From a virus: a stretch of 64,000 nt of DNA. The notes under the pieces are model-generated. The model had not been told where the DNA came from. It worked only from the letters and a program-made list of their open reading frames with translations, and made no database searches. The position numbers and the translations under genes are program-made. Below are positions 24,707-36,040 of this stretch, in pieces; the first letter of the stretch is position 1, and each line of letters begins with the position of its first letter. The DNA lies in the IMG/VR virus record IMGVR_UViG_3300034418_006037, positions 1 through 64,000 of that record; one strand, given 5' to 3'.

Positions 24707-25917
24707 CAGTAGAGGAGATGCACGTAGCAGTAAACTTGGGAGTGCAAAAAATTGCATCATTCCAAGCAGATAACTTGTTGTCGGAAGAAATCGACTATGA
24801 GCTTAATACTGCTGTACGCAGACTTATCTCCCAACGCTACAACATGCTAGGCAACAAGTATCGGCGGGGGTTTGAACAGTCTCAGAAGAGACTCGACGAC
24901 CTCCGCCATCTTGTTGAAGACTATACCACGCAGAACTCCAGCTATATGGGGATAGGGTATACGTCACGCACGAACGGGAATATTGATATCTACAGATACA
25001 AATTTCCTAATGACTATATGTTCTTGATTAATGTGTTGTCAGAAGTTACTTATGATTGTAGGAAAGATCCTGTACAGATAACTGAAGGATACACATACAA
25101 AGAATATTTGAAGATATCTCTTACAGTTCCTGCACCTGGGTACATGATACAAAGTATAGCAGTAGCTGATCAGGAGGGACTCCCTGAGACAGTAATATTT
25201 GGACAAGAAGGACTTAGCTATGATTACTTGATAGGTCCTTACTACAGTGGTAATATCAATCCTAGCTTGTCCAACAATGACAGCTTTACTGATAGATACT
25301 TCGATACTGTAGCTACTGACTCTCCCCCAGCTGATGGAAACGAGCTATATCTAGAGAGAGTGTTTCAGGTTGAGGGTCAAGGATTTAACCAGTTTGACGG
25401 AGGTGCTATGTCAAACAATGATCCAGATGTAGACGGTAACATTTACAACGGAGCTTACGCTATAGTAACCTGGGTAAATCCAAGCACGCTGGAAACTTTG
25501 GAGCAGGTAAATAATCTAGATCCAACAACAACAACTATCGAGACTAGAGTTGCTAACTATGGATTCCCAGCACCACCTCAAATAAGGATCTCAAGAACTA
25601 ACTGTAAGTTCTCTCAACAAGATGATATTTACGCAATTCTTGATGACCCATTTAATAGCACTTCTCCGTCAGGAATATTGTATACAGTTCAAGAAACTTT
25701 CTTAGATTTGTATACTAATAATACTTTTGTACCGAACTCGGTTCAAATTAAATACATACGTAAACCCGCAACGATCTCTCGTAGGTTTGGTGTGGGATGC
25801 GAACTACCAGAACATACACATCATGAAGTTGTGGAAATGGCAGTGAAAAGCATCTTGGAAGGCTTCGAGTCTCCGAGATATCAAACGCAATCTAGGGAAG
25901 TCCTGGAGAGCGAGTAA
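24703..25917 (+). CDS. head-tail ring/adaptor protein with central insertion
   Basis: EIDYELN...GFEQSQKRLDDLRHL and YIRKP...CELPEHTHHEVVEMAV typical of crAss ring proteins. Confidence 0.75.
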   Translation: MTVEEMHVAVNLGVQKIASFQADNLLSEEIDYELNTAVRRLISQRYNMLGNKYRRGFEQSQKRLDDLRHLVEDYTTQNSSYMGIGYTSRTNGNIDIYRYKFPNDYMFLINVLSEVTYDCRKDPVQITEGYTYKEYLKISLTVPAPGYMIQSIAVADQEGLPETVIFGQEGLSYDYLIGPYYSGNINPSLSNNDSFTDRYFDTVATDSPPADGNELYLERVFQVEGQGFNQFDGGAMSNNDPDVDGNIYNGAYAIVTWVNPSTLETLEQVNNLDPTTTTIETRVANYGFPAPPQIRISRTNCKFSQQDDIYAILDDPFNSTSPSGILYTVQETFLDLYTNNTFVPNSVQIKYIRKPATISRRFGVGCELPEHTHHEVVEMAVKSILEGFESPRYQTQSREVLESE

Positions 25918-25946
25918 TTTTTGTATAATAGTCTTAAAAATATATC

Positions 25947-27005
25947 ATGAGACAAGTTTTTTTCAAGACCGTGGACGCTTTGGAAGCTGCGGCAAGTACA
26001 GCAGGAGATGCTAGATTCAATGACCTGGAATCAGGTAAATTGGGTTTCTGGAACCTCGATGCTGCTACTGGAGGTGATTGGTTTGCTACTGCTTTGTTTC
26101 AAGCTGCAATTGACACTGATGCTGAAGCTGGCGACGACACTACAGGCTTGACCACTATTGCTAACCCAATTATGTTGAAGAGAAGTCTTCAAGTTGTACA
26201 GGGTTTTACCAGTGGTAATCCTATTGCTACTCCGATCATCAACACAAGAGACGTAGTTCGTGTGACTGCTGAAGGTTATGTTGCTAGCACAAAGCATCAG
26301 CAAACAGTAACTTTTGCAGCTGGAGATGCTGGAGATGAAGTGCAGCTCAGATTTGTTGTACGCACTGCTCACACGGGATACCTCGACTATGTCAATGGCG
26401 AAACTGCGTTTTCCGATTTGACCGGAGAAGGTTATCACTTCCCACTGGGTGTGTTCAACACTACTAACCACAAGGTGATCAACTTCAGCTTTACTGCAAC
26501 TAATAGTGGTTCTGACAATGGAGCTGCTGCTTGCGTAACTGCAATCGAAGGTAACGAAACGTTGAACGCAATGTTCAATGTTGCTGTGGCTAACACCAAT
26601 ACGGTTACGTTTGATGCTCGCCACGCTGGTGTGATCTTCGATATCATTGCTGATAACCTTACTGGTAGCACTAGCCTTACTGTTACTCAGTCAGCTAATT
26701 GGACTCCAGGTGTTGGTAATGCTTGGCAAGCTCGTACAGATGAGTTGAAGTCTCGTGCTATGGCAGGACACTACAACCGCATGTACTTCCCGATGGATTT
26801 CCAAAACTTCGTTACTGCTGCAGATACAGAGTACGACAGATACGAAATCACCTACAAAATTGATGGTGATCGTGCTGTTGTCAAAGGATCTCAGTATGGT
26901 ACTGCTATTATCTACGAAGTTAATGGTCAGAACGACGTCGGCGTTGTCCTCAACGCAGGTACGGCTGATCCGGTTGCTACCAAAACAGAGTACGTATTTG
27001 CTTAA
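25947..27005 (+). CDS. abundant structural protein (auxiliary capsid protein candidate)
   Basis: MCP-like codon bias, followed by hairpin, crAss synteny. Confidence 0.6.
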   Translation: MRQVFFKTVDALEAAASTAGDARFNDLESGKLGFWNLDAATGGDWFATALFQAAIDTDAEAGDDTTGLTTIANPIMLKRSLQVVQGFTSGNPIATPIINTRDVVRVTAEGYVASTKHQQTVTFAAGDAGDEVQLRFVVRTAHTGYLDYVNGETAFSDLTGEGYHFPLGVFNTTNHKVINFSFTATNSGSDNGAAACVTAIEGNETLNAMFNVAVANTNTVTFDARHAGVIFDIIADNLTGSTSLTVTQSANWTPGVGNAWQARTDELKSRAMAGHYNRMYFPMDFQNFVTAADTEYDRYEITYKIDGDRAVVKGSQYGTAIIYEVNGQNDVGVVLNAGTADPVATKTEYVFA

Positions 27006-27012
27006 TTAATAT

Positions 27013-27040
27013 GGGGGGCATCACACTAGTGGTGCTCCCC
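27013..27040 (+). terminator. hairpin terminator
   Basis: GGGGGGCATCAC-ACTA-GTGGTGCTCCCC followed by TATATTTC. Confidence 0.6.
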
Positions 27041-27056
27041 TATATTTCTATCAATC

Positions 27057-27518
27057 ATGGGTCTTAAGCATCTAGCAGCAAATACTAAGTTGAAGGTAAC
27101 CAGCAAAGGAGTTCAACCAAACTCCACTTTTGTTATTACCGTAAATAATCTTAGCTCTGGAAAACAATTTGTTTCTAGATCTAAAAGCAGATCCAGTACG
27201 TTTATCTCAACAGTTACTGCAGACACTAGAGGTGTAAATAAAGTAACTGTTACTGATAAAAATCAAACGATAGTTAAAAGCTACGTTACTGTAGGTAGCG
27301 CTGAAATAGATTGCTGCATTGCCAAGCTGGTTCATGACGCAATCAATTGCACATGCAAGTGTAATAAGTGCAAAGAAGATCTTGAAAGAGCACAAACTAT
27401 TAGGCTTTTGCTTCAAGCTGCAAAGTATGAAGCTACACTTGGACTGACTGATAGTGTTCAGGACAAGTACAACAAAGCAAAAGAGTTGTGCACTGAAGTA
27501 TGCGCTTGTGGCTGCTAA
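27057..27518 (+). CDS. Cys-rich structural protein (tail hub/fibre-docking candidate)
   Basis: DCCIAK, CTCKCNKC, C-terminal LCTEVCACGC. Confidence 0.65.
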   Translation: MGLKHLAANTKLKVTSKGVQPNSTFVITVNNLSSGKQFVSRSKSRSSTFISTVTADTRGVNKVTVTDKNQTIVKSYVTVGSAEIDCCIAKLVHDAINCTCKCNKCKEDLERAQTIRLLLQAAKYEATLGLTDSVQDKYNKAKELCTEVCACGC

Positions 27519-27528
27519 CAAGTGACAT

Positions 27529-30500
27529 ATGAAAGGCAAACATTCTAACAATAAGCTGGTATTTGTATACCAAGACAAGACTGAAAGAGCAGCTGCAAGT
27601 AATCCATCACTGAATGCAGCTGAAAGCGGATCTTGTGTAATTAGAGTTGTACAAAATTGCATAGACCCTGCAAACAATATTCAGACGCATCACGACTACG
27701 TTAGCAGCGGTGCGACACAGCTTGCCCAAATAGGAATAGATTCACTGGTAAGTGCTAGTGTGTCAGGGATAATAAGAACTAGTCAAACAGGAGCTAGTTC
27801 ATTTGAGTCTACGTCTGATATAGTACAATCTATTAGTCACTTCCAAATAGGAGGGGCTAAAGTGATAGATATAGTCATATCGCAAACCTTGCAGAGTATT
27901 ATCAATACTCAGTCAAATCTGTACAAGGCAGTAGTAGAACTCAACTTTATTTCTGGGGATGTAGAAGATGTGGTGCTTAACCTTAAGCCTGCCGATGGCT
28001 GTGCTTTAATCATAAGTCCAGATCAATTAACCATACACGGACCTATCTCTGTCACGGCCGGCAATGAAGATCCTGATCTTCCACCTGGTATGACAGGCAG
28101 TAGAGTAGCCTACTCGTTTTCAAAGATTTACAGAAGACTAAACGAAAGGTCAAACGCTTCGACTAGTACAAACAATACTACAAGAAAGCAATATGGTATA
28201 GGCTACAAAGGGCATGCAACTTTTACGATGCCTTGGGGAGGTATTTTTGATGATCTATCGTCAAAGACTTTGTTCGGTACATTTCCAGCTGGAAATCAAA
28301 GCTGGCTTTCTGAGAGCGGATACGCTACTGCAAAAACTACTTATGTAAATTGGTTTACAGGTATTAATGATGTAACTAATGTTAGATTCCCTAACCCTGA
28401 TATTTTTCAGATAGGAAATGGCCAAGGGCAATCACCACCAGCATTAGCACTCAGCACCCAAGGAGTTAATTTCAGTAACTTCTTCGGATCAAAAATAATT
28501 GTAGACAGAACAACCAGCGATAGCTCAACTCTAGCGTTTTTGGTAAAGCCGGAGGGAAAACTGTCTTTTGGTAAACAGTTTGGGTGGTTTTCTACGTTTG
28601 TAAGCGGAGACATAGTGTCCCCGACAGGGCAAGTGATGGTATCTGAGAATAGTGAGAACTATGGTGTACCTCCTATATTCAGAGAAAGCTTTCAAGCTCC
28701 TAATAATGGCACTGGTGTAGATAGACCTGGACATTTTTGGTGTGCGTTCTCTGACACTATTCCTGCAGCTGATGGAACAGCAATAGCTAATGATTTTGGT
28801 CTTACATCTCTTAGCACAACTTTCGGACCAAATCCACAGAATCAAAGTACAGACCCAACAGAGTCTAGGTACAGCAAATTATTCTACGGAGGGAGCAACA
28901 CAGATTGGCATCTTCCAGGACATACAAATGTGAGTACAGGCAGCGTAGTAAACACTAATTTTAGTACTGCTTATATAAACTCATATCTAGCTGACTACGC
29001 GCCTGAGACTATAAGACCTTACTATGCACTAATAGTTGTAGAAGATACAAAGCTTTCAGGTACAGCATTAAATAGTAAAATAAGACTAGGATCTCTAGAC
29101 CAAATAACTAGTAATTATGGGGCAAGCTTTTTCTACCCAGGAAGTGCTGGAACAAGCAGTGACCCATATGTACCTGTGTTCAAAGGCATTGCTAGAATAT
29201 GCACAGTAACAAGATATACTTTAACAAGTGACACAACTCTTGGGCTAAGCTTGTCTAATAGCCTCAGGTTGGGAGGACTGGATGATAATTCTCTAGCAGA
29301 TGTACATGGAATATATGCATCGCTTGTTCCGCATACAAATCTGAATATCAACGAAAGTCCAACTCAAGGCTTGGGACCTGATGACGAATTGTTTTACAGC
29401 CTCTTGTTTGCAGGTCACACTTATCCAAGACAGTTAACTGGGTCTCTGCAGGATACTATGTGTGGACATATGCCGCAGGTAAATGCTGCTGCTTTTCAAA
29501 CCTGGAGGCTAGGTCTTGACTGTTTGCGTACCGATGGAGCAAACATACTAGTAGGACAAGGAGAAATTCAAGTTAGTGCACAGGACATAGTAGTACTTAA
29601 TAGTGGAATAGTTCCAGACCCGTACAACGGTTTTAGTCCAAGTGATCAAGATAGCACTGACTCAAGAGGTAGGGCAATATCAAGGAACCATCCAGTAGGA
29701 TGGGCAGGAAACAAGGACCAACAGGTAATAACTCCATCCTATGAGCACTTCATAAACTCACAGTTTGGAGTACGTCCGTACCCAATTACATCTCGGTCAT
29801 ACCATACTGACTTGGGAGAAGATGCAACATCTCCTGTACCTCCGTACCCGTATGCCCCAACTATGTTCCTGACTCAAACTTTGGGTAAACCTGGATATGC
29901 AAATTTTGTAGGACCAGAGTCAGGGACTACTGGCTATTTCCACCCCCAAGTAAGCGACAGTAATGATGGTGAAACATTTTTAACTAGCGCTGGGCAGCAG
30001 GGAATAGTAATACCCACATCAGCTAACACTGGGTTTAATGAGTCATTTTTCACAGGAACTGACCAATGTTTTACTGGTCAAGCAAGCACTGTGACTTTAA
30101 CTGGAGTATCAGGATCTCTCTCGAGTGCTATAGGTACAGGAGAGCTAAAAATCAGATACGAGTTTTTCTATACAAACAACTGTAGCGGAGAATTTGAAAC
30201 TGATGCAGGATCAAAGATAGTTCTAGAAAACAGCGACACTCTAGCTAATAGAATAACTAAGGTTAGGCAGATATTCCCACATATAGAATATCGACCACTA
30301 GCTATGGACAATGCGCTCAATGAAAGCCCATTGGCATACAAACTGATTGTAGAAGACAACAATGATGTCGATAATATATTTATTGACAGTATAGGGTCAA
30401 ACTCATATAGGCTAGTTGTAGAGATAACAGCAGACTCCGATGACGTAGCATTTTTGGAGGGCGCTGACGTAAACTTCCCTTATGGAGATATATGGCCAGA

Positions 30501-33500
30501 TACTCCCTACCCATCAGCACCTTCTACTGATAGTGAAGAGCTGCCTGACTTCTCTAAAAGATATATATCTGTAGAAGGAAACGTAGACTACAGCAGGTTT
30601 AAAGGGAGCTTTATAACCATAGCTAGTGCAAGTAACTGGAATACGTTCCCAGGCAACACATCAATTATTCAAAGTACGAATGCTGATCTCACAAGATTTG
30701 CTTACCATACTCCGTTTATTACATATGGTAATCTTGTAGATCCTCCTGATGGAGTATTCGATATCCCGGGATGTACGGATGAGAATGCTATCAACTATGA
30801 TTCTACTGCAACAGTAGATAACGGTACATGTCTGGAGTGTAATAGTGTAGCAGAAGCTCAGGGATGGGACATAGCTAATATAGGATTGAACAACGGCACT
30901 ACCGGTATGCGCTTGGGTGTATACGAAGGACCTAGTGCTGTAAACTCTTACTTGTGCGGACTAACGGGTGATGCACAAACATCGCTAGAGACATATTTCA
31001 ATGTGCAAGGTCAGGCTTATGGTCAGCTTTATAATTCTACCGGAGCACAATATGGTGGTGCAGTAGTTTGCAACAATGACTTTGCAGATAACACAGGCGT
31101 AGCTAATCTATCCATACGAGGAGTAAACCAAGGCTCTACAGCCTTTACAAACTTACTCAACTGGATGGCTACAACGTACAATGAAACGTACACAGCTTGG
31201 AAGCTACACATCAGGCCTCTTACAGACCAGCTTGCAAATATCATTGATCTAGAGCAGTCATACAGCGAGTCTAATCCACCGCCTACACAGCTTATCCCAG
31301 GTGCTTTTAACTACGTAACTCCTGATTACACAGCTACTGCTACCGGAGGAACTATCACAGAACCTACTTGGGATGAGATTGTAACTATTGCAGCTACTCA
31401 AAATTGGTTCAGAGCAGGCAGAGTTTATCTGATAGAACTTGAGCTTGATCCACAAGAGCTTCCTGCAGAATGCACGCTGTTAAACTCTAACTACAATAGA
31501 GTTCTTGGATTGATGTGGACCACGTTCTGTTCATGTGCAGATATAACTAATGATTACTTCAGCTTGGCAATGTCAGGCTTCCAGTATCCATGGCAGCAGA
31601 ACATTGCATATCCTATACTTCCATATCAACCTGCTTCAAACTGTCCAGATATAGTCCCGTCCAACAATTTGTTGGGAGACGGAGCTTATCCAAACAGCAT
31701 ATGCTTCACTCAAGACGAAGCTACAACTAACTGTGATCAGTACTGGTTGTGGTGTATTGCACAGACTACTACAGTATGTGACAATGGAAACCTTGACAAT
31801 ACAATTGACATAGGTACTACTACCTATTTTAATTACGTATCTGGAAGCATAACAGTTAGCATTGAAGGGGTGTATGATCCTGCAAGCAATGGATTTATAT
31901 TTAGCCCAGACATAGAGTATACGGTAGTTGTTACAGGTCCCCAAGGATACTTACAGACTCAGACTCAATCTGACAATGTCACACCTAACATACCTCAGTT
32001 TACAAATGAGTTCTTAGGAACTATATATCCTGGGACATACACAGTAACTGTCACGTTTACAAGTCCTTACGTAAGTTACTTTAGCGGAGATGCTCCTTGC
32101 GAGTTTGTGGACACAGTATACATCCCATCTCCAGATGAGCAGGGGTGTGATACTTTGGTTGGGGGATGTACCGATCCCACTGCGGACACCTTTGATCCTA
32201 ATGCTACGTTCGATGACGGAAGCTGCGAGAACACTGACCCTTGCCAAGAAACGCTTAACAATGCAGCGTTTACTACAACTATTACGTCAGTAAACTCTAC
32301 GTCAAATTGTGTTACAAACACCACCGTAGTAGAAGGGGTATCCTTTGAAGGTCAAGTTATCACTCCAAATAACAATGGTCAGGTAACTGTAAATATATCG
32401 TACAATTCTGCAGGGACTGAAGGAGTTAACATAAATACGTTTGCAGTTCTACTTGTTGCTCAAAACAGCTCTGTACCAGGAGTAACCAATATACTTGATT
32501 CAATAGCTACTATGTTTACTAACCTTCCCACTAGTGAAGAGTTAGGTACATCTATAGCTGGGGTAGGATATTGGTCTCCTTTGAATAATACTGCTACAGG
32601 AAGTTCATTTACAGAAGTATTTACTGGTATTCCTCCCGGGTTCTACTACGTAATAGTGGCAGCTAACCCTACACCTGAATCTCTTACAAACTGCGGAGGA
32701 TTAGCATTCTCACAGCTGTCTACATATTTGGATACTGTAACTGTAGGTTTGGATGCACCGCTAGACGAATGTCTTGAGCCGTGTGTAGGACCAAATTGTG
32801 AGGAATACACACTTGGGTGTACCGACCCGGAAGCAGATAATTACAATCCTGATGCTACCTACGATGATGGGACTTGTGAAGTAATATTGACTCATTGCGA
32901 GCAGAATCCAACTGACGAAGAGTGTTACGATTGTACAGATTTGTTGGAGGGAGCAGGGGCACGATTTGCTCTAGGAAGTCTTTCAGAGCCTCCTTGTGAT
33001 GATTTTGCGGGAGGTGATGGTGAGTGCACAGATCCTAATGCTTGCAACTACAACCCTGACGCACCTCTAGACGCAAGCAACAACTTGGTATGTGAATACT
33101 GTGGATGCGTTGGTTCTATTGACCCTGACTGTGATGGAAGTGATACAGAATGCGATCCAGCTACAGACCCCAATTGTCAAGAACAAGAGCCTGAATGTCC
33201 TGATCCTAGCAACCCAAACTGTGATCCGACTGTTTATGATCCTTGCCCTGTTGGTGATTGCGGACCTCCCGTTGACCCATGCATCATACTTGGTAACTGC
33301 ACTGAAGATGGAGGTGGAGGAGATGATGAAGACGATCCGTTCGTGGATGTTGTCAATCCTGTGGAGATTACATGCGCAGTAGACATTGAATCCGCAGATG
33401 GAAGTCCTCTAAACTTCAGCGCTGTTCAACAGCAGGCTTTCCAATGTATGTCTGAGGAAGGTAAGAAGCTTCTGTTCAGAATGAAGTCTGGAGCTTACTA

Positions 33501-34068
33501 CGATGATACTGACATACTGAAGCTGTCTCTAATTGCCTACCTGTTTGCAGGAGGACTTAACAACTCAGAGCTCCCATGTCTGTTTAACTGTAACTACGAA
33601 TCAGCTGATAAGAGCAAGGCATTTGACTGCTCAATCCAATGGGTAGCAAGTGGAGCAAAGTACTACAACTCTACAGACACATACTCAAAAGGTGAGACTA
33701 TAATGTACTTCCACCAGAAAGGAGGAAAGGTAACTAGGAGTTACTATACAGCTACTAGGGAGATGACACCTCTGGACATACACCCAAGATTCCCTAACTC
33801 AGGATGGGCTAGATGTCAAGATGTAAAACTCAGAACTGCAGACAGAAACAACATTGCCACTGGTAATGAGGAATACCTACAAGTATTCTGGGAGTTTATG
33901 ACAAGATTCTGCAACGAGTGCCAGGTATCTACAATGCCTCCTAGTGCAGAAAACGTAAACAACGTGGATCCTAAAGTTCTCAAGAACTACATAGATCCTA
34001 AAACAAACAATAACACTTCCAGCGGATCCGGTATACTTGGAGAAGATGGAGAAGAACTAATATTCTAA
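27529..34068 (+). CDS. giant 2179-aa structural protein with GCTDxxAxNY...DDGxC repeats
   Basis: Single long ORF; four GCTD-type repeats; Cys/Pro/Asp-rich region. Confidence 0.8.
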   Translation: MKGKHSNNKLVFVYQDKTERAAASNPSLNAAESGSCVIRVVQNCIDPANNIQTHHDYVSSGATQLAQIGIDSLVSASVSGIIRTSQTGASSFESTSDIVQSISHFQIGGAKVIDIVISQTLQSIINTQSNLYKAVVELNFISGDVEDVVLNLKPADGCALIISPDQLTIHGPISVTAGNEDPDLPPGMTGSRVAYSFSKIYRRLNERSNASTSTNNTTRKQYGIGYKGHATFTMPWGGIFDDLSSKTLFGTFPAGNQSWLSESGYATAKTTYVNWFTGINDVTNVRFPNPDIFQIGNGQGQSPPALALSTQGVNFSNFFGSKIIVDRTTSDSSTLAFLVKPEGKLSFGKQFGWFSTFVSGDIVSPTGQVMVSENSENYGVPPIFRESFQAPNNGTGVDRPGHFWCAFSDTIPAADGTAIANDFGLTSLSTTFGPNPQNQSTDPTESRYSKLFYGGSNTDWHLPGHTNVSTGSVVNTNFSTAYINSYLADYAPETIRPYYALIVVEDTKLSGTALNSKIRLGSLDQITSNYGASFFYPGSAGTSSDPYVPVFKGIARICTVTRYTLTSDTTLGLSLSNSLRLGGLDDNSLADVHGIYASLVPHTNLNINESPTQGLGPDDELFYSLLFAGHTYPRQLTGSLQDTMCGHMPQVNAAAFQTWRLGLDCLRTDGANILVGQGEIQVSAQDIVVLNSGIVPDPYNGFSPSDQDSTDSRGRAISRNHPVGWAGNKDQQVITPSYEHFINSQFGVRPYPITSRSYHTDLGEDATSPVPPYPYAPTMFLTQTLGKPGYANFVGPESGTTGYFHPQVSDSNDGETFLTSAGQQGIVIPTSANTGFNESFFTGTDQCFTGQASTVTLTGVSGSLSSAIGTGELKIRYEFFYTNNCSGEFETDAGSKIVLENSDTLANRITKVRQIFPHIEYRPLAMDNALNESPLAYKLIVEDNNDVDNIFIDSIGSNSYRLVVEITADSDDVAFLEGADVNFPYGDIWPDTPYPSAPSTDSEELPDFSKRYISVEGNVDYSRFKGSFITIASASNWNTFPGNTSIIQSTNADLTRFAYHTPFITYGNLVDPPDGVFDIPGCTDENAINYDSTATVDNGTCLECNSVAEAQGWDIANIGLNNGTTGMRLGVYEGPSAVNSYLCGLTGDAQTSLETYFNVQGQAYGQLYNSTGAQYGGAVVCNNDFADNTGVANLSIRGVNQGSTAFTNLLNWMATTYNETYTAWKLHIRPLTDQLANIIDLEQSYSESNPPPTQLIPGAFNYVTPDYTATATGGTITEPTWDEIVTIAATQNWFRAGRVYLIELELDPQELPAECTLLNSNYNRVLGLMWTTFCSCADITNDYFSLAMSGFQYPWQQNIAYPILPYQPASNCPDIVPSNNLLGDGAYPNSICFTQDEATTNCDQYWLWCIAQTTTVCDNGNLDNTIDIGTTTYFNYVSGSITVSIEGVYDPASNGFIFSPDIEYTVVVTGPQGYLQTQTQSDNVTPNIPQFTNEFLGTIYPGTYTVTVTFTSPYVSYFSGDAPCEFVDTVYIPSPDEQGCDTLVGGCTDPTADTFDPNATFDDGSCENTDPCQETLNNAAFTTTITSVNSTSNCVTNTTVVEGVSFEGQVITPNNNGQVTVNISYNSAGTEGVNINTFAVLLVAQNSSVPGVTNILDSIATMFTNLPTSEELGTSIAGVGYWSPLNNTATGSSFTEVFTGIPPGFYYVIVAANPTPESLTNCGGLAFSQLSTYLDTVTVGLDAPLDECLEPCVGPNCEEYTLGCTDPEADNYNPDATYDDGTCEVILTHCEQNPTDEECYDCTDLLEGAGARFALGSLSEPPCDDFAGGDGECTDPNACNYNPDAPLDASNNLVCEYCGCVGSIDPDCDGSDTECDPATDPNCQEQEPECPDPSNPNCDPTVYDPCPVGDCGPPVDPCIILGNCTEDGGGGDDEDDPFVDVVNPVEITCAVDIESADGSPLNFSAVQQQAFQCMSEEGKKLLFRMKSGAYYDDTDILKLSLIAYLFAGGLNNSELPCLFNCNYESADKSKAFDCSIQWVASGAKYYNSTDTYSKGETIMYFHQKGGKVTRSYYTATREMTPLDIHPRFPNSGWARCQDVKLRTADRNNIATGNEEYLQVFWEFMTRFCNECQVSTMPPSAENVNNVDPKVLKNYIDPKTNNNTSSGSGILGEDGEELIF

Positions 34069-35606
34069 TGTCCAAGAGAATCAGCCAACTTAGAACAGCT
34101 AATAAAGCAGCTAACACAAGTCGTGAATACTTGTTGCTTAGTAATATAGATTCTAGTACCTCAAGTAAAATTGCACTTAATGACGTGCTTCCTACACTGC
34201 AAAGTGGTAAGGCAACTGGGGGTGTTACTCAAGGCACTGCAGGTACCACAATCCAAGATTTGTTTGTAGGAGGAGGTGTAGGCAGTACTGCAGGTAACAC
34301 AGATAAGTCAGTCCTTATATTCAAGGGGCTTGGAGTATCTGATACTACAGGTACTCTTAAAATCAGAAATGATAAGAGTACTGCAGATTCTACAAAGCAG
34401 AACTTGATGCTTGTGTTTGATCCCTCTAACATAGATTTGAATGCAGCAAGCAATACAAACTCTAAGTTTTTGTCAGAATTTGGAGGACCTAATCAACTTG
34501 ATCTTGCAGATACTACGCACTACACTAACCAACTTGCTGTTGCTGGTGGTGGTACGGGAGCTTCTACGTTTACAGATGGTGCCCTACTTGTTGGTAACGG
34601 AACTAGTGCTGTAGAAACTATAGGAACTATGGCTGCAGGTGCTCTTGTTGTTGGAACTGCAGCTGGAACAAATCCTGGAGTTCTTACGTCATCAGGCAGT
34701 AATGGGCAAGTACTGACTGTAAATACTTCTGCTAGTAACGGTTTGGAATGGGCAACTCCAGTATTCAAGTCAACATCCTTTTCTGCTACTCTTGATACTA
34801 ACGGAAATGATATAAAGCTTGGAAATGGTGTGCTTAGAGGATCAACTGCAGGAGACAACGGCATCACCCTGAATACTGCTACAGACTATGTATTTATAGG
34901 AGGAGCAAGCAAATACTACGATTCTTTCCTAAATGTAGGCGGTGATATAACACTGGGCATACAAGATGGAACAGCAGCCACGAACATAACTGCTAGAGAT
35001 TGTAGTTCAGGAACAAGTCCGCAGCTTACTATAAAAGCGTCTAGCAGTACAGCAGCAGCAGCTGGTGGAGCTATAAGAGTACAGGCAGGTGCTGGACATA
35101 CCAATGGATCTGGGGGTAATACCACGATTGCTGGAGGCAGAAAGTCAGGATCTGGTACTGAAGGAAGTGTGTTTTTAGAAACAGCAGGTACGACTAGACT
35201 TACTATAGATGAAAGCGGGCACAGCACATTTGCTGATCAAGTAGTTCTGGAGTCTAGTAGAGGTATGCTTACTAGCGATTCAGGAGCTATAACGCAGGGT
35301 ACTAGTCTTACTACAGCGGTATCAATAAACAAGTTTGCAGGGGTTATTACTTTGCACGCTACCGCAATTAGTGCAGCTGCTGAACATGAGTTTACTGTAA
35401 CAAACTCCCTGGTAAGCACTACGTCTATGATTATGTTGACTGTTCAATCTGCAGCAGCATCTACAGAAAACGATGGTGCTACTCTCTGTGCTAACATATC
35501 TGATGTAGCTGCAGGGTCTTTCAAGATTAGATTAACCAACCCAGGATCACAAGCTACAAGTACTTCCAATAAAATACACTTCTTGATTATAGGAGTAAAT
35601 TCGTAA
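34068..35606 (+). CDS. tail fibre protein
   Basis: MSKRISQL N-terminus, GGTGAST..GALLVGNGT fibre motif, NGQVLT. Confidence 0.75.
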   Translation: MSKRISQLRTANKAANTSREYLLLSNIDSSTSSKIALNDVLPTLQSGKATGGVTQGTAGTTIQDLFVGGGVGSTAGNTDKSVLIFKGLGVSDTTGTLKIRNDKSTADSTKQNLMLVFDPSNIDLNAASNTNSKFLSEFGGPNQLDLADTTHYTNQLAVAGGGTGASTFTDGALLVGNGTSAVETIGTMAAGALVVGTAAGTNPGVLTSSGSNGQVLTVNTSASNGLEWATPVFKSTSFSATLDTNGNDIKLGNGVLRGSTAGDNGITLNTATDYVFIGGASKYYDSFLNVGGDITLGIQDGTAATNITARDCSSGTSPQLTIKASSSTAAAAGGAIRVQAGAGHTNGSGGNTTIAGGRKSGSGTEGSVFLETAGTTRLTIDESGHSTFADQVVLESSRGMLTSDSGAITQGTSLTTAVSINKFAGVITLHATAISAAAEHEFTVTNSLVSTTSMIMLTVQSAAASTENDGATLCANISDVAAGSFKIRLTNPGSQATSTSNKIHFLIIGVNS

Positions 35607-35635
35607 CTTAGCAAAAACCATCAAACCTATATACC

Positions 35636-36040
35636 ATGGAAAAGTTTAACGCAACTAACCGAGAGCTTCTGAACCTTTACAAAGGACTTGAAGCAGTAAA
35701 ATCTATCAAAGGAGCACGCTTTGCTGTTCTTGTTGGGAAGAATATTAAAGAACTCCGTAACATACTGGATCCGCTTGAACAGGCTGCTGTTCCTAGCATG
35801 GAGTTTCAGGAGCTGTCGGTAGAGATGCAAAAACTTATTGAGGCTGAAAATCAAGAAGCTATAGAAAATCTGGAGAAGGAAAACACTGAACTTATTGATC
35901 AGCGTAAGAGACAGCTTGCAGATGTAGAGGAGCTTCTAGATAATAAAATTGAGGTGTTTCTGCACCCCATCAGAGAAGACCAACTCCCTGATGAAATAAC
36001 AGGGGAGCAAGTAGAAAAGCTCCTACAAATAATTGCCTAA
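35636..36040 (+). CDS. fibre-associated chaperone-like helical protein
   Basis: Follows a fibre gene; FAVLVGKNIKEL...ELLDNKIEV..I; resembles 45921..46304. Confidence 0.55.
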   Translation: MEKFNATNRELLNLYKGLEAVKSIKGARFAVLVGKNIKELRNILDPLEQAAVPSMEFQELSVEMQKLIEAENQEAIENLEKENTELIDQRKRQLADVEELLDNKIEVFLHPIREDQLPDEITGEQVEKLLQIIA

